DNA of 63,895 nucleotides, the filler included, from Thraustochytrium aureum (lineage: Eukaryota): the NCBI GenBank assembly GCA_012862495.1. It is 4 parts of 2 records of this genome, joined end to end, with 100 filler letters (N's around TTAATTAATTAA, not from the genome) between each part and the next. Parts side by side here need not be neighbours in the genome. Positions count along the whole stretch, not along the records: positions 27,697 to 45,215 come from BLSG01000316.1; positions 45,316 to 59,970 come from BLSG01000316.1; 2 more parts are not named here. One strand, given 5' to 3'. The position numbers and the translations under genes are program-made. The notes beneath the pieces were generated by a model. The model did no database searches and was not told where the DNA came from. It worked only from the letters and a program-made list of their open reading frames with translations. The first letter of the stretch is position 1. Every line of letters begins with the position of its first letter. Shown here in pieces: positions 35,101-47,101 of this stretch.

Positions 35101-35137
<37 letters not shown>
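35101..35137. repeat. (CAG)12 trinucleotide microsatellite
   Basis: Read directly; lies upstream of and in frame with the SH3 ORF. Confidence 0.9.
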
Positions 35138-35138
<1 letters not shown>

Positions 35139-35307
35139 CGCTCCACTTGCGGGTGGGTCGCGGAGCGGCCCGCGTGGCGTTTCGAGCGGGATCGTGGAGG
35201 CGGGCATCGAGGAGAAGCTCCTGCGCGGCGCGGGGCGACCCGGACGCGACGCAGGGCGCCTTGCAGCGGCCTGCAGGCCTGCAGGCCCTGCTGGGCTAGT
35301 TGCCTCG

Positions 35308-37031
35308 ATGATTGCTGAGGACGACCCGGATTATTTGGCGGACGTGGGCGCCATCGTGGTCGCCGCGTATCCTTTTGAGGCAGAAAATGAAGACGAGCTC
35401 AGCGTCGAGGAAGGGGCTCGGCTGCGCACGCTCGAGCTGCAAGATGAGTGGTGGCTCGCCGAGCTGGAGGACGGCAGAAGTGTGGACTCATCCCCGTGTC
35501 CTATGTGGTGAGCGTGGAGGCGTGGGACAAGATGGTGCGAGTTGCCCAGTACGGCTATGACGTCGACGATGCCGACCTGGCGGAGCTGCCTGACGCGTAC
35601 AACGGCAGCGACAGTGCAGACGACAGCACTGGCAACCGCGGCCGCGAAAATTCAGCGGAGAACCAGCTCGAGGAGCGTGGACTGGCTGCAGGGACGGAGA
35701 ATGTCACAGCACCTGCGCCGCTGCTGCCGCCACCTCCAAGCGCCGCTGAAGCGACGCTGCAGGCGCTGCAGGCCGAAGAGAAGGCCGCACGAGAAGCTAC
35801 TCAAGTAGAGCCGGTGGGAACGGTCGACCAAGCAGCCCAGGAGGTCGCGCGCAAGGCCGCGGAGGACGCCGCCACTGCCGCCAGCGAATACGTTGAAGAC
35901 GACGAGTTTGCGATGCTCTCCGCCAAGTTTGCGGCCCTGCAAGAGCGTGTGGCAAATGTCAAGTTGACGGTCGACACGGAGCCCGTGGTCGGGGAGGAGG
36001 CGGAGACTGGGCACGCGCCCTCTCTGCCGCCTCCGCCGAGCCCGGCGGAGGCCGCCGCGGCGCTTGCTGGCGGAAGTGGCGCCTCGTCGGTGGGAGGAGT
36101 CGCGAGTCGCGGCCCGCCGCCAAGCCCTGCGCAAGCGGCTGCGAGCTTTGGCCTTGCGAAGCAGGCGGCTGCAGAAGCCCCCCCGCCGGCGCCGCCTTCC
36201 CCGCACATAGCCGCCGCAGCGCTTGAGCAGAGGCGCTTGGAAGAGGCGCGCCATCGAGCCGAAGAGGAGCAGCGCCTCGCGCACCAGGAGCGGCTTCGAC
36301 TTGAGGAAGAGCGCGCCCGCATTCTGGCAGCAGAAGAGCAGAGCAAGCAGCGCGCGGCTGAGCTCCGCGCAAAGCGGACAGAGGAAGCAGCGCGCCAGCG
36401 GGAGGCGATGGAGCGGGAGCGGGCGGAGCGCGCCGAAGTTGAGCGCTTTGTTTCGAGGAAGGGCCGGGCGGAACAAGAGGGCAAGGCCTCCATGCACGAG
36501 GCGATTGAGGCGGTGAAGCGGGCTGTGGCGGCAGACAACAGTGCGCAACACGCGGCGGCCTACGCAGAGTACGTTCGGGCCCTCGAGCTTTTTTCCAACG
36601 TGCTTTCCAGCGGAGTGCTGCAGCCGCAGCACGCGGTGATCGTGGAGCGGATGAAAGGGTACTTGGACCGAATGTCAACCCTGGAACCGCTGATTTGCGA
36701 AGGCGTTTGGTCTGATGGCAAGGCGCTTTCGGGGCGCGGCTCCCCTGTGAAACGGTACAAGGACAGAGTCAAGGTGTTGTTGGTCATGGCTCGGTCGGGC
36801 CACCTGGCCCCAGTGCCGTTTGGCGACGAGCTGCAGCTTCGCGCCCGCCTGGCCAACTCGCAGGGCGACTACCGGAGCGCTTTTCGCGCTTACAGCGAGG
36901 CCCTGGAGTACTATATGGCGTATCACAAGCTTCAGCAGGAGAAGGGCAAGGCTACAGAGAAGGCCGTCATGGACGGCCTCGTCAAGATGCTGGACGCGGC
37001 AGAAGGGCTCAAGAGCAAAATCCCGCACTGA
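35308..37031 (+). CDS. SH3 - Pro-rich/coiled coil - tandem MIT-like domain protein (frameshift near 35477)
   Basis: SH3: AAYPFEAENEDELSV.EG...EWWLAE..DG / KCGLIPVSYV across a 1-nt shift. MIT-like: AIEAVKRAVAADN...AYAEYVRALELF...MKGYLDRMSTLE and ARLANSQGDYRSAFRAYSEALEYY...MLDAAEGLK. Confidence 0.72.
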
Positions 37032-37347
37032 CGCGTGCCTTGGACTGCGCTTGTGGCTTGCCGTGCGCGTTTTGATGCGCGCCACGTGCCCTTGGCGGGC
37101 GCCGCGAAACCCAGTCTTCGGTCTCTGTGCTCAGGCAACAACGAAATATTCTTCATGCAGGTCGGTTATTGAGACGCTACGCAGGGGGCCGGAGCAAGCA
37201 AGTTCATATGCTTGGAGCTTTGCGAGCGAGCAAGCGCCATCCGGCCTCGTCATTTCGCACGACAGCCTGGCGCCCGGCCGTCGTCCGTCGTTGCGCTCAG
37301 GTAGTTAACTCAGTAGGAAGAGCCAGCAGAACGCCCATCGCGCCGCT

Positions 37348-38768
37348 TCACCTTGCTGTTGCGACCTCGAGCTCCTCGGCGGGCGGCGCAGGCTCAACCG
37401 AACTTGTGCCCTCGTTCAGGTCAAAGGCGTAGACGCGGCCGCGGAAGGAAAAGGAGATCTTGTAGCAGCGGAGATCAATGTCTGGATTGAAGATTTGAAC
37501 GCCTTGGCTCACGAGCTTGGTGCGCTGGAAATTCGGTTGGTACATAAGGTCGCCTTTGAGCGGCCAGCCGATCCTACCGAACTGGGCGCGGATCTGATGC
37601 GTGCGCCCGGTCTGGTTTGATTCGGAAATACAACGCGGGCAAGGGCCAAGTTAGTTCCGAGTGCGTGGCGCGGGGGTGAAGCAGCGCAGGCGGCGAGAAA
37701 ACTTACGATCAACTGCACCCTGCACCTCGCTTGGCGCAGCTGTCCAGGCTCGCACGGCAAAAGGTCGTACCCTGACAGAATGAGCTTGGCCTCCTTGTCC
37801 AGGCCCGCCGCGGCGTCCATTGCTTCGGCGATGGGTTTTGGAGTGAGGCGCGTCGAAGTATCCATCCAGTGCGAAATTAGTGACCCTGGCAGAGGAAGGT
37901 CGGCGGTGGGTGGGCCGCCCGGGATCGAGGGCGACTCCTCCGCAATAAACTCGTAGCATTTGGATACCGGGTACTTTGCCCAGCCCTTGTGAAGGTCACG
38001 ACACGCGAGGCTGGACTTGGCGAGTACGAGCGTGCCCGTCGTTGGCGTGTCGAGCCGGTGGACCGGCAACAAGAGCTCGGCTCCGACAAGCCTCGCGGCC
38101 TCGTAGCACACATTCTCCACGTAATTATCTCTTGAAGCGACGCTCGGCAGGCCCTTGGGTTTGTCGACGACGACCATGCTGTCGTCCTCGAAAATGATGT
38201 GGTCGCGCGTCAGCAGCGTGGCATCGAAGCGCTTCGGGTTTAAGAAGCACTTGATGTAGAAACCTTCCTCCACGGTCGTCGAGTCAACTTTGCTCGGCAC
38301 GATGCGCTGCATGACGGCGACGCCGGCCGAGTTGATGACATGCCTGTGGACGGCTCCGATGTCCAGCAAAGCGTCGGCGTCGACTGGGCCGTGCTGCGCT
38401 TGGAACCGAGCCAGCAGATCTCGCTGGGCATCCAGCCGCTCTTTGCTGTCCATGCCTTCCGGCAACTTTTTGCGCGAGCAAACGTGCAGGAACTCGTAGC
38501 TCGCTGGAACCGCATGCGTCTTGTCCGGGTAAGCGCCGCTCAGAGCAGCGCGCACAACCTCGCGAGCTGGGCCCCCCAGCGGCGCAGCAAGGTGCACAGT
38601 ATTCTTGAACGCATCCTCCAGAGCTCGCCCCTCCTCCTCCTCTTCCTCCGCAGATCCCTTCATCGCCGCGGCGCTCGTCGCCGGAGCCCTTGCCGCCGTC
38701 CCGGACTTGCGAGTTGAGAGTACAAGTCGCCACGCTGAGCGTGTCGCCCGCGTCGGAACTGCGAGCAT
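37348..38768 (-). CDS. RluA-family RNA pseudouridine synthase, probably organellar; exons 38768-37707 and 37611-37348
   Basis: VVVDKPKGLP and catalytic HRLDTPTTG. Removing a 95-nt GTAAGT...CAG intron (37706-37612) joins VQLI to TGRTHQIRAQ...GWPLKGDLMY. The N-terminus is Arg/Ser/Ala-rich like a targeting peptide. Confidence 0.88.
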
Positions 38769-39619
38769 CAACCTGCGAACAGCAGCGGCGCAAGGGACCC
38801 TGAAAGCGCAGCGAACAGCCACGGCAGCCACGGCAGCCACGAGCCGCCCAAACCGTCGTCCTTTGGCGGTCTTTGGCGGCCTTTGGCGACGCCACTTGCT
38901 CGAATGCGACTTGCCTGCCCCACGCGTCAATCACCACGACCCACATCATCACCGCGCGCCCACGTCATGTTAGGTACCACAGTGACGAGGGTGCCTTACG
39001 TCAAACCGAACGAGTTACCCCATGTGACGCGCATTTGGTACAGAAAAGCGTCATTGTGGACCCCAATATGACNNNNNNNNNNNNNNNNNNNNNNNNNNNN
39101 NNNNNNNNNNNNNNNNNNNNNNNNNNNNNNNNNNNNNNNNNNNNNNNNNNNNNNNNNNNNNNNNNNNNNNNNNNNNNNNNNNNNNNNNNNNNNNNNNNNN
39201 NNNNNNNNNNNNNNNNNNNNNNNNNNNNNNNNNNNNNNNNNNNNNNNNNNNNNNNNNNNNNNNNNNNNNNNNNNNNNNNNNNNNNNNNNNNNNNNNNNNN
39301 NNNNNNNNNNNNNNNNNNNNNNNNNNNNNNNNNNNNNNNNNNNNNNNNNNNNNNNNNNNNNNNNNNNNNNNNNNNNNNNNNNNNNNNNNNNNNNNNNNNN
39401 NNNNNNNNNNNNNNNNNNNNNNNNNNNNNNNNNNNNNNNNNNNNNNNNNNNNNNNNNNNNNNNNNNNNNNNNNNNNNNNNNNNNNNNNNNNNNNNNNNNN
39501 NNNNNNNNNNNNNNNNNNNNNNNNNNNNNNNNNNNNNNNNNNNNNNNNNNNNNNNNNNNNNNNNNNNNNNNNNNNNNNNCACGCTGGTGCTCACGCTGGT
39601 GCTCACGCGGTGCTCACGC

Positions 39620-40017
39620 CGGTGCTCGCTCTTCGATATATCGGCGCTCTGGGGCTGTCTTGCGGGCCGCTCGAGGGATCGCGCAGCGCGTCCGAGCGAG
39701 CCAGCGAGCTCGGGAGCTTCGTTCGTGTGAGCCAGCCCGCTTTGTCAGCGAGCTAGCCAGGGCGCGGGAAGGCGTACGCTGCGGGGCAGCGCGAGGTCCA
39801 CGCTCGTGCTCGGTCTTCGATTGGCGCTCGGGGTTTGCTTGGTGGCTGCTCGAGGGTTGAGCACGGTGTTCAAGCGCCAGCCAGCAAAGCAAGCCGGCTT
39901 TGTCAGTGAGCTAGCCAGGCACGGGAAGGCATACGCTGCGGCGCAGCGCGAGGTCCACGCTCGTGCTTGCTCTTCGATTGGCGCTCTGGAGCTTGCTTTG
40001 GCGGCTGCTCGAGGGTC
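39620..40017. repeat. Degenerate ~158-bp direct repeat, two near-complete copies plus one partial
   Basis: TTTGTCAG.GAGCTAGCCAGG...GCAGCGCGAGGTCCACGCTCGTGCT...TCTTCGATTGGCGCTC...GGCTGCTCGAGGGT starts at 39741 and 39899. A partial copy lies near 39630. Confidence 0.85.
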
Positions 40018-40144
40018 CAGCAGGACGTAAATATCGGCCGGCGCGGTCGCCGGACGCAGAGCGACCAGGCTTGCTGGGCGAGCGACGCAGCGCGGCGAGG
40101 GCTGGTGGTGGTACGTGTCTAGAGGGAGTCGAACGAGCGCGAAT

Positions 40145-41184
40145 ATGGTTCCCCGACGGCGGCATGGGTCTGGCTTGAGGGGCGGCGAGGCCAATGGGCA
40201 AGCCGCCGCGAGCGCCAAGAGAAAGAAAGTGTTCGCCATTGTGGTTGCGCTGGCGTTGCTGCTCGCTGCGACCGCGGGAGGCCGTGGCGCCAAGCAAGCG
40301 GAGCAGCCTGGGCGGGTGTATCACGTTGGTCTGCGCGGCGCGGCAACGGAGTCTCTTGAGAGCCTCGAGTCGGGGCTGCCGGAGCGTGCCGTCGATTTAG
40401 ACGCGGCCATGCGGCTCGAGGACGACAACAAGAAACTCACAGAGGACCTGGACGCGGAAGAGCGTGGTGAAAATTCAATGGCGGACGGGGGTGAGGACGA
40501 CCTGGAGATGGCGGCGCATCGCAGCGAGCAGCGCGCTGCGGCCATTGAGGCCCGTCTCTCCAAAGTGGAGTCTGAGCGCGCCTCGATCGCCAAGCAACGC
40601 GCTCAAAAGCGCAAAGCTGATTTGGAGGACTTGGCGCGGCAGCAGGAGGCCGAGGAAGCCGCACTCGAGGAGCTCGCTCAGGAGGCCGAGTTGGAGCAGC
40701 TTGCGAGGGACAGCTCTGAGGACGCAGCGAGGCGGGAAAGCAAGACCGCAGTTGCTGGATCGGCAGGGTCTGGAGAGCCAGGGCAGAGCCAAGCCCAACA
40801 AGCTCTGCCACCCGCAGAGGATGGCGACGAAGAAGACGAGGACGAAGAGGGCGGCGAGGAATTGCTTGAGGACGACCGGCAAGCGAGCGATATCCTCGCA
40901 CACGACGCGCGCGATGGAGAAGCGCAGGGCGATCGGGAGGTTGAGCGGGAGGACAAAGCAGAGGGAGATGCGCAGGTCGAGGGTCTGGCTGCTGTCGGAT
41001 CAGAACCTGTGGGGTCGGATGGCGACCTTCCAGGCGCAAAAAGCCCCGCTCATGCCGAGGCCTTGGCTCAGACGAGCGCACACAGCCTGGGCGGCGACGG
41101 AGATCTTCTTGGCACAAACGAGTTGCCGCAGAGCAGCACAGAAGCTGAAACTGTGGGCGTAGCTAGTAATGGCACGCCCAGCCC
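40145..41184 (+). CDS. Type II membrane protein with acidic coiled-coil ectodomain (3' end in gap), function unknown
   Basis: Basic KRKK followed by hydrophobic VFAIVVALALLLAA, then an E/A/R-rich helical region and an acidic low-complexity region. Confidence 0.55.
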
Positions 41185-41911
41185 NNNNNNNNNNNNNNNN
41201 NNNNNNNNNNNNNNNNNNNNNNNNNNNNNNNNNNNNNNNNNNNNNNNNNNNNNNNNNNNNNNNNNNNNNNNNNNNNNNNNNNNNNNNNNNNNNNNNNNNN
41301 NNNNNNNNNNNNNNNNNNNNNNNNNNNNNNNNNNNNNNNNNNNNNNNNNNNNNNNNNNNNNNNNNNNNNNNNNNNNNNNNNNNNNNNNNNNNNNNNNNNN
41401 NNNNNNNNNNNNNNNNNNNNNNNNNNNNNNNNNNNNNNNNNNNNNNNNNNNNNNNNNNNNNNNNNNNNNNNNNNNNNNNNNNNNNNNNNNNNNNNNNNNN
41501 NNNNNNNNNNNNNNNNNNNNNNNNNNNNNNNNNNNNNNNNNNNNNNNNNNNNNNNNNNNNNNNNNNNNNNNNNNNNNNNNNNNNNNNNNNNNNNNNNNNN
41601 NNNNNNNNNNNNNNNNNNNNNNNNNNNNNNNNNNNNNNNNNNNNNNNNNNNNNNNNNNNNNNNNNNNNNNNNNNNNNNNNNNNNNNNNNNNNNNNNNNNN
41701 NNNNNNNNNNNNNNNNNNNNNNNNNNNNNNNNNNNNNNNNNNNNNNNNNNNNNNNNNNNNNNNNNNNNNNNNNNNNNNNNNNNNNNNNNNNNNNNNNNNN
41801 NNNNNNNNNNNNNNNNNNNNNNNNNNNNNNNNNNNNNNNNNNNNNNNNNNNNNNNNNNNNNNNNNNNNNNNNNNNNNNNNNNNNNNNNNNNNNNNNNNNN
41901 NNNNNNNNNNA

Positions 41912-44900
41912 ATGAGCCGCAAGTCGAGCCTCGGCAACATGAGCGACACGATGCCTGCCGTGGAGGACATTGAGAAAGCCGGCTTCGCTGCGCGGTGGTT
42001 AAACCCGCAAGACGACGCGGGCAAGACGAAGAGGAAGAAGCTCGCGGTTGGCGCTCTCGCGCTCCTCCTTGTCTGCATCATCATCGGGGTTGCCGTCGGC
42101 GCCAGCGGGTCGTCAGGCGAAGGCGCCCAATCGGCCAGCTCTGGCTCTGGCTCCAACGTAGGCACTGGCGGGGGCGAGCCTACTCCGCCTCCGGTTGGGG
42201 CCCCCACCGAGCCCCCCACTGATGAGCCTTCCACCGACGCGCCAGTCTCAGCGCCAACGCCAACCAAAGAGCCAACTGGAAGCCCGACGGTCACCGAGGA
42301 CGAGCGCGTGGCTGCTTTCCTCGCCGCCGGCAAACATTGTGGCATCCTCCCCATGAGCGTCACGACGTTGATCGGCAGCTATGATTCGGAATTGCAGTCT
42401 GTTGCTGGGCTCCACACCATCGACTTGGCTGGCGAAGATGACGACTGGGAGAAATATATCGAGTTTACTCCGGCAATGGTTCAGGGCGGCGACCTCGAGC
42501 ATGAGACACACATCGAGTTCGAGATCCCCAACTGGATTCCACCCCACCTGGTCAAGGGAATTCAGGTCGAATCCAACTTCCAAGGCGACAATGGAAATGC
42601 CCAGCTGTGGGAGATTCAGGTGCGCAATCAGAACGAAAAGACCTGGGAGCGAGTGTGGGACAACAGACAGGTAGCCTCCTGGAAATGGTCCCAGACGAGC
42701 GCCACCCTGGCGTCAGCGGACTTCAGCGAGTACCTTAAGGTTGGCAGTGGGAGCCGCTCCCTTGTCCTGCGCGTCCATGCTCGTGTCAACGAAGGCGCCG
42801 GTCTGTTTGACTACCTTGGGATTTGCCTGACGGTGGAGAGCGGCACAGAGCCGCCGACCCCGCCGCCGGCGCCTGCCTACCCCTCGCGCGAGAACTGCGT
42901 TGCAGCTACAGAGCTGACGGTCGTGTCAGGCACCGTTCCGAGCGAGCAGTCTGTGACCAGAATGGAGCTCATGGAGCTCGTGGGCGCGGAGAACGACCCG
43001 ACCAAGTACATTGCGTTTCGACCAAGCGATACTGGGGCGGAGGTCAAGTTTGGTGTGCAACTCAAGCAGTCAGAGTTGCCAGCCACCCTTGTTGGCATCC
43101 GAGCTTTCGTCAACTACCGCGGCCCACGCAAGCAGACGCAGCGGTGGGTCATGCAGGTCTGGAACCGGTCAACGCAAAAGTGGGAGGACGTCGTCGATAA
43201 CAGCGGCGCCCAGGACTGGTGGTGGAGCAGCTTGGTCGGCAACGCGGTGGCGAAGAAGGCGAGCAAAGTTTCCGACTACGTAGATGAAGGGTTCAAGATG
43301 GTCTTCCGCTGGACGACGGCCACGGGCTTTGATGCCACGATGCTCGACTATGCGGCGTTTTGCCTCGTGCCAGAGTTCGACGAGCTGCTCCCCTCACCGC
43401 ATCCGACGACTTCACCAACGCCCAAGCCAACTCGTGCGCCGACAAGGTCGCCCACGGTGACGCAGCCGACGCCGCCCACCACACCCAACCCCACTGGCTC
43501 GCCGACGACACCCTACCCAACTGGTTCTCCCACACCCAAGCCGACACGCGCCCCGGTGACCGGCGCGCAATGTGTCGGAGATCGCAGCCCACACTTTGCC
43601 AAAGTGGTCCTACGAAGGCGCCGTTTGCGGCATCTATGTCGCCGTGGGGAGTGACAGGAGCGACCTGGCAGCGCGCCACAATCTCCTGCAACAGCACAAA
43701 GACGAAGGCTGCCGCACGATCATGCTCGACTCGACGCTCAGCTTCTACCTGACCGACGAAGAGTACGAAGACGAGATGCAGTACATCAATGAGTACGCCC
43801 AAGACGCGCATTCGCTCGGGCTCACGATGATTGTCTACTACCCTACGTTGGAGATTATCTCGCTCAACGCCACCCTCGCGCCCAACAAGACCGCCGGGTT
43901 TGAGATGCGCGACGCAATCCAGCGCGGCCTCAGCGGCCAGCCCAACCTGTTCGTGGGCGGCAACCTGGAGCACTGGGTGGGCGAGGACGAAGAGAGTGCT
44001 TGGTTCGACCCGGAGGACCCCGCCTACACGGAGAACTATTTTCTGCCACGTGTGCGCAGGCTCGCAGAGACGGCGGTCGACGGCCTCTGGGGCGACGTCC
44101 CGCTCTACTACGACACGGGCGCGTCTTGGTCTGGCGGCACCGAGATCAATCGCATACAGTTTCGCGAGTGGTCGAAGGCCAACGGCTTGTGTGGGAGTGA
44201 AGGTTGCGCGCTTCCAGACCACGAACGGCTCAGGGACGGGGTGTGGGACTACTCACAGAAGGAGTTCCACTACTGGCTCGTTTGGCGCCACCACTCGCTC
44301 GCCAAGTTCCTCCACAAGGTGCTCGACGCGCTGCGCAGCGTGAACGAGGACGCCATCTTCATGGTCGAAAACTACCCGGCGGACTACATGGACGGCACCC
44401 TGGTCGCCCTGGACGCCTCCTACTTTGACCAGAATATGCGCAAGGGCATGAGCACGGTCTGGGAGATCGATTCGGTCAGCAACGCCAACGCCATGCTCTA
44501 CGCGCACAAGGAGGACTACGTGAACCAGATCATCATGCGCAAGTACGCTCGCGGCGTGGACAAGAGCGCGCCCACCTGGACTTTTGCGTACGGGTCTGGT
44601 CCGCTTGACTCGGCCATGGTGCTCAGCGGCGCGTTTGCTGTTGGCACAAACACGCTCGAGTCCAAGACCCCAACAATGACCACGTCCGCCTCGTCGGCAA
44701 CGCGAACTGCCTTTTACAACTGGGTCCTCGAGAACTCGTGCACCGTCATGGAGACACCGCGCGTCGCCCAGATCGCCGTGCTGTACAGCACCGTGACTCG
44801 CGACCATTTTGACCTCGTGTCCGGCACTTGCGGCTACGCGATGTACGTCACGACAACCAAGTATCCCGCCAACGACGCCGAGTTCTGGGCCAACTCCACC

Positions 44901-45215
44901 GGCGACTCGGCCAAGGGCTGCCCGCACATCGGCGCTTACCGCGGCGCCGCATACACGCTCTCGCGCCTGCACGTCCCCTTCAAGATCGTCGTCGACACGG
45001 CCCTCGAGGAATCCGACCTGGACGGCATCTCGATGCTGTGGATCCCTTCGGCCAGGGCCATGCCTGCGGCTGCCGCTGCGATCATCGACGGCTGGGTCGC
45101 CAGCGGCGGGACGGTGATGGCCACCGGCGACGTGCCGGCAGAGTTTAACGAGTTCGGGGACCCGCACGCCGTCAACCCTCTCAAGGCCGTGTTTGGCAGT
45201 TTTGACGCCCAGCAG
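41912..45215 (+). CDS. Membrane-anchored modular glycoside-hydrolase-like protein: TM, PT linker, two Trp-rich modules, PT linker, TIM-barrel-like domain, GH42 trimerisation/GATase1-like domain (frameshift near 43590; 3' partial)
   Basis: KRKK+LAVGALALLLVCIIIGVAVGA; duplicated module NxxG..Q.W..QV.N...WE.V.DN....W.WS; VDGLWGDVP and WRHHSLAKFL..LRSVN; IAVLYS...LSRLHVPFKIV...LDGISMLWIP...WVASGGTVMATG. Confidence 0.65.
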
Positions 45216-45315
45216 NNNNNNNNNNNNNNNNNNNNNNNNNNNNNNNNNNNNNNNNNNNNTTAATTAATTAANNNNNNNNNNNNNNNNNNNNNNNNNNNNN
45301 NNNNNNNNNNNNNNN
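45216..45315. other. Artificial assembly linker (N44-TTAATTAATTAA-N44)
   Basis: Same six-frame stop linker, 12-mer at 45260-45271. Confidence 0.95.
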
Positions 45316-45585
45316 TAGGTTCTGGCGAGGGTCAGAGTTTTCGAGTTGGATTGAGTCGTTCACGGTCTCAATCGGATCGGCATCATCGCCGTAGGCCACG
45401 TCGCCGAGAGGCGAGTCGTCCGCGTTGCTGTCTAGCTGTGCCGCGGCAGCCGCCTTGTTGTTGGGCACTTTGTACAGCGTTGACCTTGCTGTGAAAACGA
45501 GATCGTCGGTGTTGACGCGGTTCCACCATATGAGAATTACAGAGAGTGTCGCGAAGAAGGCAAGTTCGCGCCGCTGTGGCTTCAT
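45316..45585 (-). CDS. Type II membrane protein N-terminus, tandem paralog copy 2 (rest missing)
   Basis: MKPQRRELAFFATLSVILIWWN...AAAAAQLDSNADDSPLGDVAYGDDADPIETVND, close to the copy at 46835-47101. Confidence 0.6.
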
Positions 45586-46834
45586 TCTAAATCGCTGCAG
45601 AGCGGTGTCCTTGCCGCTGTCCAACCACGGAGCAGGCCTCGACACTCGCAAAACGCCAACGAGTGTCTCCACCGTTCCAGGCTGCCGCTACGGCCCGGCC
45701 ACAGCAGGCCTGCAGCCCTCAACCACAGCTGCACCCGCACTGCTTCGCAAACAACCGGCGCCCGACCCCGTTTGCCTCCACGAGAGGACAGCTGTGCGGC
45801 GCTCTCACGACCTCGTTGCCGGCCCTTGCTGCTCCTGCAAGGCCAATGGTGCAGGCAGGCNNNNNNNNNNNNNNNNNNNNNNNNNNNNNNNNNNNNNNNN
45901 NNNNNNNNNNNNNNNNNNNNNNNNNNNNNNNNNNNNNNNNNNNNNNNNNNNNNNNNNNNNNNNNNNNNNNNNNNNNNNNNNNNNNNNNNNNNNNNNNNNN
46001 NNNNNNNNNNNNNNNNNNNNNNNNNNNNNNNNNNNNNNNNNNNNNNNNNNNNNNNNNNNNNNNNNNNNNNNNNNNNNNNNNNNNNNNNNNNNNNNNNNNN
46101 NNNNNNNNNNNNNNNNNNNNNNNNNNNNNNNNNNNNNNNNNNNNNNNNNNNNNNNNNNNNNNNNNNNNNNNNNNNNNNNNNNNNNNNNNNNNNNNNNNNN
46201 NNNNNNNNNNNNNNNNNNNNNNNNNNNNNNNNNNNNNNNNNNNNNNNNNNNNNNNNNNNNNNNNNNNNNNNNNNNNNNNNNNNNNNNNNNNNNNNNNNNN
46301 NNNNNNNNNNNNNNNNNNNNNNNNNNNNNNNNNNNNNNNNNNNNNNNNNNNNNNNNNNNNNNNNNNNNNNNNNNNNNNNNNNNNNNNNNNNNNNNNNNNN
46401 NNNNNNNNNNNNNNNNNNNNNNNNNNNNNNNNNNNNNNNNNNNNNNNNNNNNNNNNNNNNNNNNNNNNNNNNNNNNNNNNNNNNNNNNNNNNNNNNNNNN
46501 NNNNNNNNNNNNNNNNNNNNNNNNNNNNNNNNNNNNNNNNNNNNNNNNNNNNNNNNNNNNNNNNNNNNNNNNNNNNNNNNNNNNNNNNNNNNNNNNNNNN
46601 NNNNNNNNNNNNNNNNNNNNNNNNNNNNNNNNNNNNNNNNNNNNNNNNNNNNNNNNNNNNNNNNNNNNNNNNNNNNNNNNNNNNNNNNNNNNNNNNNNNN
46701 NNNNNNNNNNNNNNNNNNNNNNNNNNNNNNNNNNNNNNNNNNNNNNNNNNNNNNNNNNNNNNNNNNNNNNNNNNNNNNNNNNNNNNNNNNNNNNNNNNNN
46801 NNNNNNNNNNNNNNNNNNNNNNNNNNNNNNNNNN

Positions 46835-47101
46835 AAGGTTCTGGTGACGGCGATTGCTGCGGGGTTGCTTCTCTGGGTCGTTCACGGTCTCAATCGGATC
46901 GGCATCATCGCCGTAGGCCACCTCGCCGAGAGGCGAGTCGTCCGCGTTGCTGTCTAGCTGCGCTGCGGCAGCCGCCATGTTGTTCGGTACTTGGTACAGC
47001 GTTACTGCGAAGACGAGCTCGCTGCTGCTTACGTGGTTCCACCAGATCCAAGCGACTGCCAGTGTCGCGAAGAAAGCTAGCTCGCGCCGCTGTGGCTTCA
47101 T
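46835..47101 (-). CDS. Type II membrane protein N-terminus, tandem paralog copy 1 (rest in gap)
   Basis: MKPQRRELAFFATLAVAWIWWN...AAAAAQLDSNADDSPLGEVAYGDDADPIETVND. Confidence 0.6.

Noticed and set aside
34834..35307. PolyQ N-terminal extension of the SH3 protein from the (CAG)12 tract
   Set aside because: There is no in-frame ATG upstream of 35308 (the track start is TTG), so this is more likely 5'UTR or promoter.
40115..43654. Single 1179-aa ORF, and similar gap-spanning ORFs 2232-4829, 24131-26059, 24929-26452 and 17792-21511
   Set aside because: The ORF caller read through Ns. Sequence on the two sides belongs to different genes or frames; 41912 begins a new protein with its own TM anchor.
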